Source of the DNA: Okeania sp. | Lineage (GTDB): Bacteria; Cyanobacteriota; Cyanobacteriia; Cyanobacteriales; Microcoleaceae | DNA: 31,253 bases | Reading direction: 5' to 3' | NCBI RefSeq assembly: GCF_035285525.1 | Contig: NZ_JAYKGW010000156.1 | Span: 1 to 31,253 of the forward strand | Shown: piece by piece, positions 17,848 through 26,531 of the stretch | Position numbering within the stretch: the first letter of the stretch is position 1 | How the letters are laid out: each line of letters starts with the position of its first letter | Notes under the pieces: model-generated | The model's database searches: none | Seen by the model: only the letters and a program-made list of their open reading frames with translations | What the model was told of the DNA's origin: nothing | Translations under genes and position numbers: made by a program

Positions 17848-17876
17848 GAACCCTACCTATCCAAGGTAGGGTTTTT
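17848..17876 (+). terminator. Rho-independent terminator in an ORF-free region
   Basis: AACCCTACC (17848-17856) pairs with GGTAGGGTT around a 7-nt loop, and the stem runs into T6. It lies 420 nt after the nearest plus-strand CDS. Confidence 0.65.
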
Positions 17877-18060
17877 TGTATTTAATTTAGTGGTTTTCTC
17901 CAGAAATCCAGATTTAACAACTTTTTTATAGTAGTTCTAAATTATTATCAGAAATGTCTGGTAAAAAACTTTAATTTGTTCCAGATATTATTAAATTACG
18001 ACTAATGTCTTAGAGGGTTTGATTTTGCTCTCATTCCTGATTGGGTTATTGAGTTATTGA

Positions 18061-18618
18061 CTAACTTTTTACCTTTGACTTCACTGCTTTTTCAATTTCT
18101 GATAACACTAATGTTGTCACCTCTTCAGGAGTATCTTTAGCACTAATACTGACATGAATATCTGCACTAGCATAAAATGCTCTTCTTTCCTCCAAAAGTT
18201 TCTGAAGTTTATCAAAGGGATTACTATTCTGAAGAAGAGGTCTAGTCTGATCGCCTTGTAAACGACTATGTAAAACTTCTACTGGTACATCTAACCAAAC
18301 TACTATGCCATATTGTAAATAACTCCAGTTAAAAGGCTTAACTACAATACCACCACCTGTGGCAATAATTAACTTTTTGTAACTTGATACCTCTGACAAT
18401 ATATTTGTTTCCAACTCCCGAAACCCTGCTTCACCCTCAGTAGCAAAAATTTCACTAATTGACTTACCAGCAGCTTCAGTAATTAAGTTATCTGTATCAA
18501 GAAAACTATACCCTAAGCGTTGGGCTAACAAATGTCCCACAGTTGTTTTTCCAGCCCCCATCATCCCGACTAAATAAATATTTACTCCCTGTAATAATTG
18601 CCTACTAATCATATCCAT
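18061..18618 (-). CDS. aroK: Shikimate kinase
   Basis: 185 aa with Walker A GMMGAGKTTVG, DTD (shikimate binding), the ATGGG motif and a typical length. Confidence 0.9.
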   Translation of the reverse strand: MDMISRQLLQGVNIYLVGMMGAGKTTVGHLLAQRLGYSFLDTDNLITEAAGKSISEIFATEGEAGFRELETNILSEVSSYKKLIIATGGGIVVKPFNWSYLQYGIVVWLDVPVEVLHSRLQGDQTRPLLQNSNPFDKLQKLLEERRAFYASADIHVSISAKDTPEEVTTLVLSEIEKAVKSKVKS

Positions 18619-18695
18619 AATAAATAATCTTCATTAAAAACTTGACTGGAGAAAAAATAAATAAAATTTTCCTACTCGGTTATATAAAATCCGCG

Positions 18696-18985
18696 GGCCG
18701 TGGAGAATAAGGTTCTACTATCAAAAAAGAGCGAAAATTCCTAGTTGGTAGAGGATTTGGAGACCAAACCCCTACGGCCTTGAGTTCTTTCTACCGATGC
18801 TACAGGACTTGATATTATTAATTATCCATTATTCATTATCCATTATCAATTGGCCGTGGAGAATAAGATTCTACCATCAAATAAAGAGCGAAAATTCCTA
18901 GTTGGTAGAGGATTTGGAGACCAAACCCCTACGGCCTTGAGTTCTTTCTACCGATGCTACAGGAGTTGATATTATTAATTATCAA
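18696..18985. repeat. Tandem duplication, 156-bp period x2, each copy containing the GGAGACCAAACCCC palindrome
   Basis: GGCCGTGGAGAATAAG...CTACCGATGCTACAGGA starts at 18696 and again at 18852, with only a few substitutions between copies. Confidence 0.9.
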
Positions 18986-19114
18986 TTATTTATAAGTTTT
19001 GTGAAAAATTGTTGTGAAAATTAGAATAAACTTTCCCAAAGATACAAAATAATTAATATAAACTCTATCTATGAGAAACACATCTAAAAAATTAAAATAT
19101 TTTAAGATAAAACT

Positions 19115-19699
19115 ATGGTAGTAGAAGAACTTTTGGCGCGATATGCTGCCGGGGAAAGAAATTTTCGGGATATTGAATTATTCCGATCTGAGCTGAGTAA
19201 TGTTAATTTAGCCGGAGCAAGTTTGTTTCGTGCTAACTTGTTTCGGAGTAATCTATTTAGGGCAAATTTGATTGGCGTTAATCTGTACAATGCTAATTTG
19301 ATTGGTGCTAATTTATATTGTGCCGATTTAAGTGGAGCAAACTTGAGTGGTGCTAACCTAACTCGTGCAGATTTAAGTGGAGCAAATTTGAGTGGGGTTG
19401 ACTTGAGTGCTGCTGACTTGAGTGGAGCAAATTTGAGTTATGCTAATTTCAGTTATGCTGACATGAGTCGTACTAATTTACATAAAGCTATTCTAATTGA
19501 TACGAATTTGACTGGCGCTAACTTAAGTGGTGCTGACCTCAAGGATGCTCAGATAACTGGAGCCAATGTGACTGAAGCTAGATTTTCTGTGAATATCGGT
19601 TTGTCTTTAGAGATGAAACGAGAGTTACAACAGCAAGGAGCGATAATTGAGGATATGTCAGAGAAACTTTATGCTATTAGATTATTGACACACTCCTAA
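19115..19699 (+). CDS. Pentapeptide-repeat protein
   Basis: About 25 consecutive A(D/N)LSG-type pentapeptides (ANLSGANLTRADLSGANLSGVDLSAADLSGANLSYANFSYADMS...). Confidence 0.9.
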   Translation: MVVEELLARYAAGERNFRDIELFRSELSNVNLAGASLFRANLFRSNLFRANLIGVNLYNANLIGANLYCADLSGANLSGANLTRADLSGANLSGVDLSAADLSGANLSYANFSYADMSRTNLHKAILIDTNLTGANLSGADLKDAQITGANVTEARFSVNIGLSLEMKRELQQQGAIIEDMSEKLYAIRLLTHS

Positions 19700-19710
19700 C
19701 AATGACTTCA

Positions 19711-19747
19711 GCTAATAGCCAAGGATTTTAATCTTTGGCTATTAGCG
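19711..19747. terminator. Long hairpin between convergent genes (pentapeptide gene and dehydrogenase)
   Basis: GCTAATAGCCAAGGATT / AATCTTTGGCTATTAGC form a ~17-bp stem with one G-U pair. The flanks are T-rich, so it could act bidirectionally. Confidence 0.55.
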
Positions 19748-19792
19748 ATTATTTGTCTACTGTTATCGTTTAATACCCTTCTTCCTTCTTCC

Positions 19793-20794
19793 TTACTTGA
19801 ACTCAATCCTAATTTTTCCAAAATGAGAACCAGTTTCCATATAACTTAATGCTTCTGGAGCTGACTCAAATGGAAAGACGCGATCGCAAACCGGACTTAA
19901 TTTATTCACATCTATCGCCCTATTCATATCCTCAAACATTTGACGAGACCCCACAAAAATTCCCTGTATCCGCACACCCTTCATCACTGCGGGCAAAGGA
20001 TTAAATTCTCCTTGCGCTCCTGCCAACACACCTATTAAACTTATTTGACCTCCCATACTCACTGCTTTCAAAGACTGACTCAAAGTATTTGCGCCACCAA
20101 CTTCCACAACATAGTCAACACCGACTCCCTCAGTCAATGCTAACACTTGTTTTCCCCATTTAGGCACAGATTTATAATTAATGACATCAGATGCACCCAA
20201 CTGTTTCACCCGCTCCAATTTTTCATCACTACTGGAAGTTGCAATAACTCGCGCTCCTACCATAACTGCAAATTGTAAAGCAAACAAGGAAACACCACCT
20301 GTTCCCATAACTAATACTGTTTCTCCAGATTTTAAACCTGCTGCCATTAAAGCGTGCCAAGCAGTAACCGCAGCACAAGGTAAAGTAGCTGCCTCTGTAT
20401 CAGATAAATGAGGGGGAATATGCACCACCCCCTCTTCAGACAAGACTACATATTCTGCTAACATTCCGTCAATTTCACCCCCCAAAGCAGACTTTGCTGC
20501 TGCTGTTGTCAAATTACCTGACAACCATTTTTGCATAAAAATGCCAGCGACTCTATCTCCGGGTTTGACTCTGGTGACACCTTCTCCCACCGACACAACT
20601 TCTCCCACTCCATCGGAACATGGAATCACAGGTAAAGATAGATGGGGGTTATAAAGACCTTTAATCATTAGAATATCTCGATAGTTTAGGGAGACAGCTT
20701 TAACTTTGACTAAAACTTCTCCAAATTTTGGTTGCGGTTGTGGTCTTTCTGTGAGAATTAAATTACCAAATTCTTGAATTTCAAATGCTTTCAT
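19793..20794 (-). CDS. NAD(P)-dependent medium-chain dehydrogenase/reductase (zinc-type alcohol dehydrogenase / quinone oxidoreductase family)
   Basis: 333 aa with a GroES-like N-terminal region (VLVKVKAVSLNYRD, PCSDGVGEVVSVG), the Rossmann motif GTGGVSLFALQFA and a C-terminal GKIRIEF. Confidence 0.85.
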   Translation of the reverse strand: MKAFEIQEFGNLILTERPQPQPKFGEVLVKVKAVSLNYRDILMIKGLYNPHLSLPVIPCSDGVGEVVSVGEGVTRVKPGDRVAGIFMQKWLSGNLTTAAAKSALGGEIDGMLAEYVVLSEEGVVHIPPHLSDTEAATLPCAAVTAWHALMAAGLKSGETVLVMGTGGVSLFALQFAVMVGARVIATSSSDEKLERVKQLGASDVINYKSVPKWGKQVLALTEGVGVDYVVEVGGANTLSQSLKAVSMGGQISLIGVLAGAQGEFNPLPAVMKGVRIQGIFVGSRQMFEDMNRAIDVNKLSPVCDRVFPFESAPEALSYMETGSHFGKIRIEFK

Positions 20795-20808
20795 AATCAG
20801 TTAAAAGA

Positions 20809-21053
20809 GGGAACAGGGAACAGGGAATAGGGAATAGTCTAGAACGAAACCCAACAATAATAAAGCTTTGTTTGGTTTCACTATCGTACTGCTACAGAAC
20901 GACAACCCAACGTAATGCACTACTGGACTAATGTTGGGTTTCGTTCCTCAACCCAACCTACGTCTATATTTTCTTGAGATGGTGCGTTACATTTCATTAA
21001 CGCACCCTACTGGACTAATGTTGGGTTTCGTCCCTCAACCCAACCTACGTCTA
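20809..21053. repeat. Composite repeat region: heptamers GGGAA(C/T)A x4, two copies of CTACTGGACTAATGTTGGGTTTCGT(T/C)CCTCAACCCAACCTACGTCTA, and a 9-bp-stem hairpin
   Basis: The heptamers lie at 20809-20836. The 47-nt repeat lies at 20920-20966 and 21007-21053, with an internal GTTGGGTT/AACCCAAC stem. The hairpin GGTGCGTTA/TAACGCACC lies at 20981-21006. Confidence 0.9.
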
Positions 21054-21077
21054 CCATAATCAATTATTCATTATCAA

Positions 21078-22457
21078 TTATTCATTATCCTCAGATGACT
21101 TCAGTCGCCAACTTTTTCTCACAGTTTGTCGAGAGCGAGCAATAACCAAACTATCATCTTCCACATCTTTCGTTACCACTGAACCTGCTGCTACCGTCAC
21201 ATCTTCTCCCAAAGTCACCGGAGCAACTAACACACTATTTGACCCAGTTTTCGAGCGATCGCCAATTTTAGTATGATGTTTTTTCACTCCATCATAATTA
21301 GCAGTAATTGTACCAGCACCAATATTCACCTTTTCTCCCAAAGTCGCATCTCCTAAATAAGATAAATGAGCAGCATTGGAGCGATCGCCCACTTTAGCTT
21401 TTTTCAATTCCACAAAATTACCAATACGACAGTGAGAACCCACTTGACTATTACCCCGTAAATGTGCATACGGACCAATACGAGTATTATCGGCCACCAC
21501 ACTATCAGAAATTACAGAGTACAATACCGAAGTATTTGTACCTATTTGACTATTTTCAATCAAACTCCCCGGTCCAATCCGACTACCAGTACCAATCGTA
21601 GTCTGACCCCGAAGATGAGTTTGTGGTTCAATAATCACATCCCGTTCTAAGGAAACTGTATCCTCAATAGTAATACTGTCAGGATTTATCAAAGTTACTC
21701 CAGCGGCCATCCAATCATCTTTGACCCGAATCTGCAAAATATCATAAGCTGTAGCCAAATGTTTCCGATTATTAATCCCAACAATTTCTTGATAGTCATT
21801 CACATCAACTGCCATCACAGGATTGAGAAGAGGAACCACATCTGTTAAATAATACTCTTGTTGGTCATTGTCTGCTTTTAGTTCTGGCAATATTTTACCC
21901 AAAGCGGGCCAACTAAAACAGTATACTCCAGCATTGACTCGATGGTTTTGTTTTTGGGCAGTTGTACAGTCTCGGTCTTCTACTATTTGAGTGACAAAGT
22001 TATTTGCATCGCAGAATATTCTACCGTAACCTTTAGGATTAGGTAGATTGGCAGTTAAAATGGTGGCCGAATTTTGATTTTCTTTGTGGGTATCAAATAA
22101 CTGCTTCAGAGTTTCGGGTCGTAATAATGGTACATCTCCATTTAATACCAGCAAGTCCTCAGAAAATTCTTGGAGATAGGGTAACAATTGTTGAATAGCA
22201 TGACCAGTTCCCAATTGTTCCTTTTGTTCCACAAATTCTACAGTAGGAATATTATCATTACTATTATTCTGGAGAGATTTTTGTACCAGGTCTCCACGAT
22301 AACCAACTATTACTATTATTCTTGATGGTTGAATAGAAACACAACTTTTCAGAACTCGTTCGACTAAGGTACAAGACCCTAACTGGTGTAAGACCTTGGG
22401 AAGGTCAGACTTCATTCTTGTGCCGCGTCCCGCTGCTAAGATTGCTACCGCTACCAT
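21078..22457 (-). CDS. glmU: Bifunctional UDP-N-acetylglucosamine diphosphorylase / glucosamine-1-phosphate N-acetyltransferase
   Basis: [20 protein letters not shown] is at the N-terminus, with QLGTGHA and C-terminal left-handed beta-helix hexapeptide repeats through NYDG..K. The start is set at ATG 22457 ([10 protein letters not shown]) rather than the ORF-track 22511. Confidence 0.92.
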   Translation of the reverse strand: MVAVAILAAGRGTRMKSDLPKVLHQLGSCTLVERVLKSCVSIQPSRIIVIVGYRGDLVQKSLQNNSNDNIPTVEFVEQKEQLGTGHAIQQLLPYLQEFSEDLLVLNGDVPLLRPETLKQLFDTHKENQNSATILTANLPNPKGYGRIFCDANNFVTQIVEDRDCTTAQKQNHRVNAGVYCFSWPALGKILPELKADNDQQEYYLTDVVPLLNPVMAVDVNDYQEIVGINNRKHLATAYDILQIRVKDDWMAAGVTLINPDSITIEDTVSLERDVIIEPQTHLRGQTTIGTGSRIGPGSLIENSQIGTNTSVLYSVISDSVVADNTRIGPYAHLRGNSQVGSHCRIGNFVELKKAKVGDRSNAAHLSYLGDATLGEKVNIGAGTITANYDGVKKHHTKIGDRSKTGSNSVLVAPVTLGEDVTVAAGSVVTKDVEDDSLVIARSRQTVRKSWRLKSSEDNE

Positions 22458-22733
22458 AATTTTTAGAATTTTTGCTTTCTGAACCAGAAAAGTTATACGA
22501 CGAATATACAATACTCATCGTCTCATATATAGCGCTACGCGCAAGTCAAAATTCAAAATTCAAAATTCAAAAGTTTGATATAGCGCTGCGTGCAGGGAAC
22601 AGGGAACACAGAAGGTGGGAACAGAGAGAATGAATCACCGATAATATAAGTCTTTTAGCTATTGGACAACTCCTACAATTTGTAAATATTAAGTGCGCAC
22701 ATTGCTATAGTTATTATAATTAATAATAAGCTC

Positions 22734-22766
22734 AGAAACCCGGTTTCTTAAAGAAACCGGGTTTCT
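22734..22766. repeat. Second copy of the AGAAACCCGGTTTCT / AGAAACCGGGTTTCT inverted-repeat element
   Basis: The arms are identical to those of the element at 13415-13447. Confidence 0.9.
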
Positions 22767-22903
22767 CTTAAAATTCAAAATTCATGGGAAAGTTATTCTT
22801 GTGAAAAAATTAGTGTAATACTAAATCAACCTTTGCAGTTCAGCTTTCTAGGCTGTCATAGCTGTACCATACTAAGATGGAATCTGCTGTATCAAAATAG
22901 AAA

Positions 22904-24820
22904 ATGTTTAATCTAGATTTTCCTAAAAGTAAGGAAATAGATTACTTAACCAGATTTTCTGGTTGGTATATTCCGGAGAATAATCGCAATATCAAACTTA
23001 GTTTATATGTAAATTATCAACCTTATGTTTCTTTTTTACATGGTGGATATAGACCGGATGTTGCTGTTGCTTTCCCAGAGAAAAAATATGCTAGTCATAG
23101 TGGTTTTTGGGGTGAAGTTTTACTGCCAGAAAATATTAAACCAGAGACAGATATAAAAATAGAAATATTTCTGGATGGAGAGGAGAAAACATTATTATTT
23201 GAAAATCAATTCCGAGTGATTGGTGAACCTCCTAAACTACCTAAAAGACAGAAAAATTTTAACCTAGAAAAAATATTGATTTGCCCACAATGCGGTCAAA
23301 AAGCTACACCATGTAATGCAGAAAATTGTCCTGTATGGATTAGGGGAAATACTCCTCATATTTTACAATCAAGAGAATTACCATTTATTAAACTGACAGA
23401 AACAGAAAAAACTCATCCTTATTCAGAAGGAATTTTAAAAGTATTGGATAAGATTGGGGAAAATGGAATAGTTCTAGATTTTGGCGCAGGTAATACTCAA
23501 CAAGAATATCTGAAGCAAAATATTTGTTATTTAGATGTACAGCAATATCAATATACAGATATAGTTTGTTCTACATTAAAGTTACCATTTATTGATAATT
23601 GTTTTGACGGGATAATTAGTCATGCTGTTTTTGAACATTTACCAAATCCATTTTTCACTGCTAAAGAACTTTATCGAATTTTAAAACCAGGTGGTTTAAT
23701 ATTTATTGATACTGCTTTTTTACAACCACTTCATGCTGATCCTAGTCATTATTTTAATATGACAATTCATGGTTTACGACAGATTTTGTTAGACTTTGAA
23801 GAAATCAATAGCGGTATTTTTCCTCATCATTATCCATCTTATAGTATGATGATGTTGATTCAAACTATCTGGCCTTATATTCAACAACCAGAATGGCAAG
23901 AACGTTTAGCAGATTGGCACGCTTTTTTAGTACAAGAAGGTGATAATTTAGATACAGAACTAGGAGAAAAAGGCAGAGAAATTTTAGCAGCAGGAGTGTT
24001 TTTTGAAGGAAAGAAAAAAAATGAAAATGTTGAGATTAACTTTAACCAAAAATATCACAACTACATAAATAAAAATAGTTGTAGGAATCAACCTCAATTT
24101 TTAATCATTGGAGCGCAAAAATGTGGTACTAATTCCTTATATAACTATTTAATGCAGCATCCTTTAGTTGTTCCATCTTTACAACATGAAGTTCATTATT
24201 TTGACTTAAATTTTGACAAAGATTTAAAATGGTATCAATCACAATTTCCCGAATTAGAACCAGGAATGATTACTGGAGAATCAAGTCCTTACTATTTATT
24301 TCATCCTCTCGTAGCTCAAAGAGTTTTTGATACATATCCTCAAATAAAACTAATTGTTATTTTGAGAAATCCCACAGAAAGAGCTATTTCTCATTACTAC
24401 CATGAAGTAAAATTAGGATGTGAATCTTTAAGTTTGAAAGAAGCGATCGCTGCTGAAGAAATTCGTTTACAAGGAGAAGTTGAAAAAATTATTCAAACAG
24501 GAACTTATGATAGTTTTAACCATCGAAATTATACATATAAAGCCAGAGGAAAATATATAGAACAACTGCAAAATTGGATGAGCATTTTTCCTAAAGAACA
24601 ATTTCTCATCCTCAAAAGTGAAGACTTATTTAGTCATCCTCAAGAAACTATGAACCAAGTATTTCAATTTTTGGAATTACCTGAATATTCCTCAGAAGAA
24701 TATCTTCAATATAATTCTGGAAATTACTCACAACCTAGTCAAGAAATATATCAGAAATTAGTAGAATATTTTCAACCATATAATCAAAAATTAGCTGAAG
24801 ATATGGGAATTAATTTGTAA
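22904..24820 (+). CDS. Three-part fusion protein: N-terminal unknown domain with a Cys-rich stretch, a class I SAM methyltransferase, and a sulfotransferase
   Basis: The methyltransferase has VLDFGAGNT, FDGIISHAVFEHLPNP and LKPGGLIFID. The sulfotransferase C-terminal domain has a 5'-PSB-like FLIIGAQKCGTNSLYNYL and a 3'-PB-like VILRNPTERAISHYYH. CPQCGQKATPCNAENCP precedes the methyltransferase. Confidence 0.75.
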   Translation: MFNLDFPKSKEIDYLTRFSGWYIPENNRNIKLSLYVNYQPYVSFLHGGYRPDVAVAFPEKKYASHSGFWGEVLLPENIKPETDIKIEIFLDGEEKTLLFENQFRVIGEPPKLPKRQKNFNLEKILICPQCGQKATPCNAENCPVWIRGNTPHILQSRELPFIKLTETEKTHPYSEGILKVLDKIGENGIVLDFGAGNTQQEYLKQNICYLDVQQYQYTDIVCSTLKLPFIDNCFDGIISHAVFEHLPNPFFTAKELYRILKPGGLIFIDTAFLQPLHADPSHYFNMTIHGLRQILLDFEEINSGIFPHHYPSYSMMMLIQTIWPYIQQPEWQERLADWHAFLVQEGDNLDTELGEKGREILAAGVFFEGKKKNENVEINFNQKYHNYINKNSCRNQPQFLIIGAQKCGTNSLYNYLMQHPLVVPSLQHEVHYFDLNFDKDLKWYQSQFPELEPGMITGESSPYYLFHPLVAQRVFDTYPQIKLIVILRNPTERAISHYYHEVKLGCESLSLKEAIAAEEIRLQGEVEKIIQTGTYDSFNHRNYTYKARGKYIEQLQNWMSIFPKEQFLILKSEDLFSHPQETMNQVFQFLELPEYSSEEYLQYNSGNYSQPSQEIYQKLVEYFQPYNQKLAEDMGINL

Positions 24821-24860
24821 GTATTCAGCTAGATTACAAACAGATATTGAAAAAATTAAG

Positions 24861-25058
24861 GTAAGCATTCAGCTATCAGCTATTGTCTTTAGTTTTAGAT
24901 ATAAAGCTTTATTAATTAAGCTAGCTTAATTGGTTCGAGGTAACAGTTTTATTAATTAACAGAAATACACTAGAGCTTACTATAAAGGCAGAGTCTTATT
25001 GCTGTTAGCGCAGCTCCGAACCAGGAGGCTAGCTGACAGCTAATAGCTGAATATTTAC
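24861..25058. mobile_element. MITE-like element (~200 bp) with imperfect ~24-nt terminal inverted repeats and no ORF
   Basis: GTAAGCATTCAGCTATCAGCTATTGTC (24861-24887) is matched by the reverse complement of GACAGCTAATAGCTGAATATTTAC (25035-25058). It contains the internal 18-nt palindrome ATTAAGCTAGCTTAAT. Related half-sites lie at 1143-1175 and 12190-12215. Confidence 0.5.
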
Positions 25059-25075
25059 AAATTAAGTAATTATAT

Positions 25076-25394
25076 TAATTCTATTTTATAGTATATTTCA
25101 GACAAATGAGGTACAGTCTAAATGGTAAAAATATCGTAGCCCGCGAGAGATGTATCTGATAACAATAGGAAGTACTTTATCCATTATTAATTATCCATTA
25201 AATAACATGATTATTGAAAAAATCAACCAATTATAGATAGTAATTCTATTTTATAGTATATTTCAAACAAATGAGGTACAGTGTAAATGGTAAAAATATC
25301 GTAGTGCGGGCATCTTGCCCGCGAGAGATGTATCTGATAACAATAGGAAACACTTTATCCATTATTAATTATTAATTATCCATTAAATAAGATG
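25076..25394 (+). repeat. Duplicated 5' region of the methyltransferase gene (two ~135-155 bp copies)
   Basis: TAATTCTATTTTATAGTATATTTCA.. starts at 25076 and 25241. Both copies end in AAATAA(C/G)ATG, with the ATGs at 25207 and 25392. Copy 2 has an extra 13 nt (25305-25317) and an extra ATTAATT heptamer. Confidence 0.9.
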
Positions 25395-26087
25395 AATATT
25401 GATTACGAAAAAGCATGGGAAGACTATGCAAAAAAATGGCAAAAAGATTACCCAGAATTAACTCATATAGGAGATGAATGGATAGGCAAAGCAGCAGGAG
25501 CAGCCAACTCATTAACAGAATATGAAAAATTAATAGAAGAAAAATTTATCGCACCTTATATCACATCTAAAGATACAGTATTAGAAATAGGAATTGGTGG
25601 TGGAAGAACCGCAGCATTATTACTAAAATATTGCCAAAAATTAATATGCGCTGATATTTCTAATTCCATGTTAAATGCTACTAAAGAAAGACTCGGTGAA
25701 GCTCAAATAAAATATGTCAAACTTGATGGAATAACATTAGATAATATTGAAAGCCAAACAGCAGATATTTGCTTTTGTTACGACACAATGGTACATTTAG
25801 AACCCAGAGATATTTTTAACTATCTAACTAAAATTCCAGCTAAATTAAAAGGGCAAAAACTTTGCATATTTCACCATACAAATACTCTTAGCGAACTAGG
25901 TTGGCAAAGATTTCTCAGAGACTGGGATAAAAATTTGATGGGTAAACGAAATGGTACTGCTCACTCAGTAATGACAGATAAAATAATGGAAAAATTTCTC
26001 TCCCATCTTAACTACCAAATTATTCATAAAGATACTAACTCAGTTCCCAGAGATTGTGTGTGGATTTGCCAAGCACCTAGAGAATAA
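25392..26087 (+). CDS. Class I SAM-dependent methyltransferase
   Basis: 231 aa with motif I VLEIGIGGGRTA, an acidic residue in CADIS, and ICFCYDTMVHLEP. Confidence 0.7.
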   Translation: MNIDYEKAWEDYAKKWQKDYPELTHIGDEWIGKAAGAANSLTEYEKLIEEKFIAPYITSKDTVLEIGIGGGRTAALLLKYCQKLICADISNSMLNATKERLGEAQIKYVKLDGITLDNIESQTADICFCYDTMVHLEPRDIFNYLTKIPAKLKGQKLCIFHHTNTLSELGWQRFLRDWDKNLMGKRNGTAHSVMTDKIMEKFLSHLNYQIIHKDTNSVPRDCVWICQAPRE

Positions 26088-26101
26088 TTAATAATTAATA
26101 A

Positions 26102-26283
26102 TTAGGGTTTGTTGATTAAATATAGAAGGATTCACAGATAGAGGTCAAAGCATTTTTAGGTCAAAAAAAAGTACCATATTTTTGCTTAAGAATGCTGAAA
26201 AAGTTAGTATTTATGTAACTCCCTATTCCTCTTAACTACTCCCTACTCCCTAAAACCCTAAAATTATCCCTTGATTTTTCTGA
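26102..26283. repeat. Diverged, rearranged relative of the apcF-downstream repeat unit
   Basis: It shares TTAGGG(T/A)TTG(T/C)TGATTAAATAT, AAAAGTTAGTATTTA and CTACTCCCTACTCCCTA, and carries the inverted form of GAAAAATCAAGGGATAATT. Confidence 0.7.
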
Positions 26284-26531
26284 TTTCTCAGGAACCTTGT
26301 ACCTCCTTATATACAGCAGATTTCAGGAAGAAGAAGTACAGATTTAATAATTAAATCCTTTCAGTGCGATTTTTCGGGAACCGTGCATCTTGCTCCCGTG
26401 AGTATACTTTACCAAACTGGAGTCCGCTATAACTTCCTTGTAAGGACGTTGGATGCAACGCCCCTACTCCCTACTCTCTACTCCCTAAAATCCTAATTAA
26501 TTAGTGTTAAACTAAAATACCTACCAAACCA

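Noticed and set aside
5276-21650. Other short antisense ORFs in the track (5276-5530, 11043-11267, 11098-11295, 16145-16423, 16708-16935, 17077-17304, 19102-19290, 20181-20411, 21462-21650)
   Set aside because: Each lies wholly or largely inside a longer ORF on the opposite strand with clear family motifs, and none has a recognisable motif of its own.
22458-22511. 18-codon N-terminal extension of glmU
   Set aside because: GlmU proteins begin immediately before the AILAAGxGTRM motif, and ATG 22457 gives exactly that.
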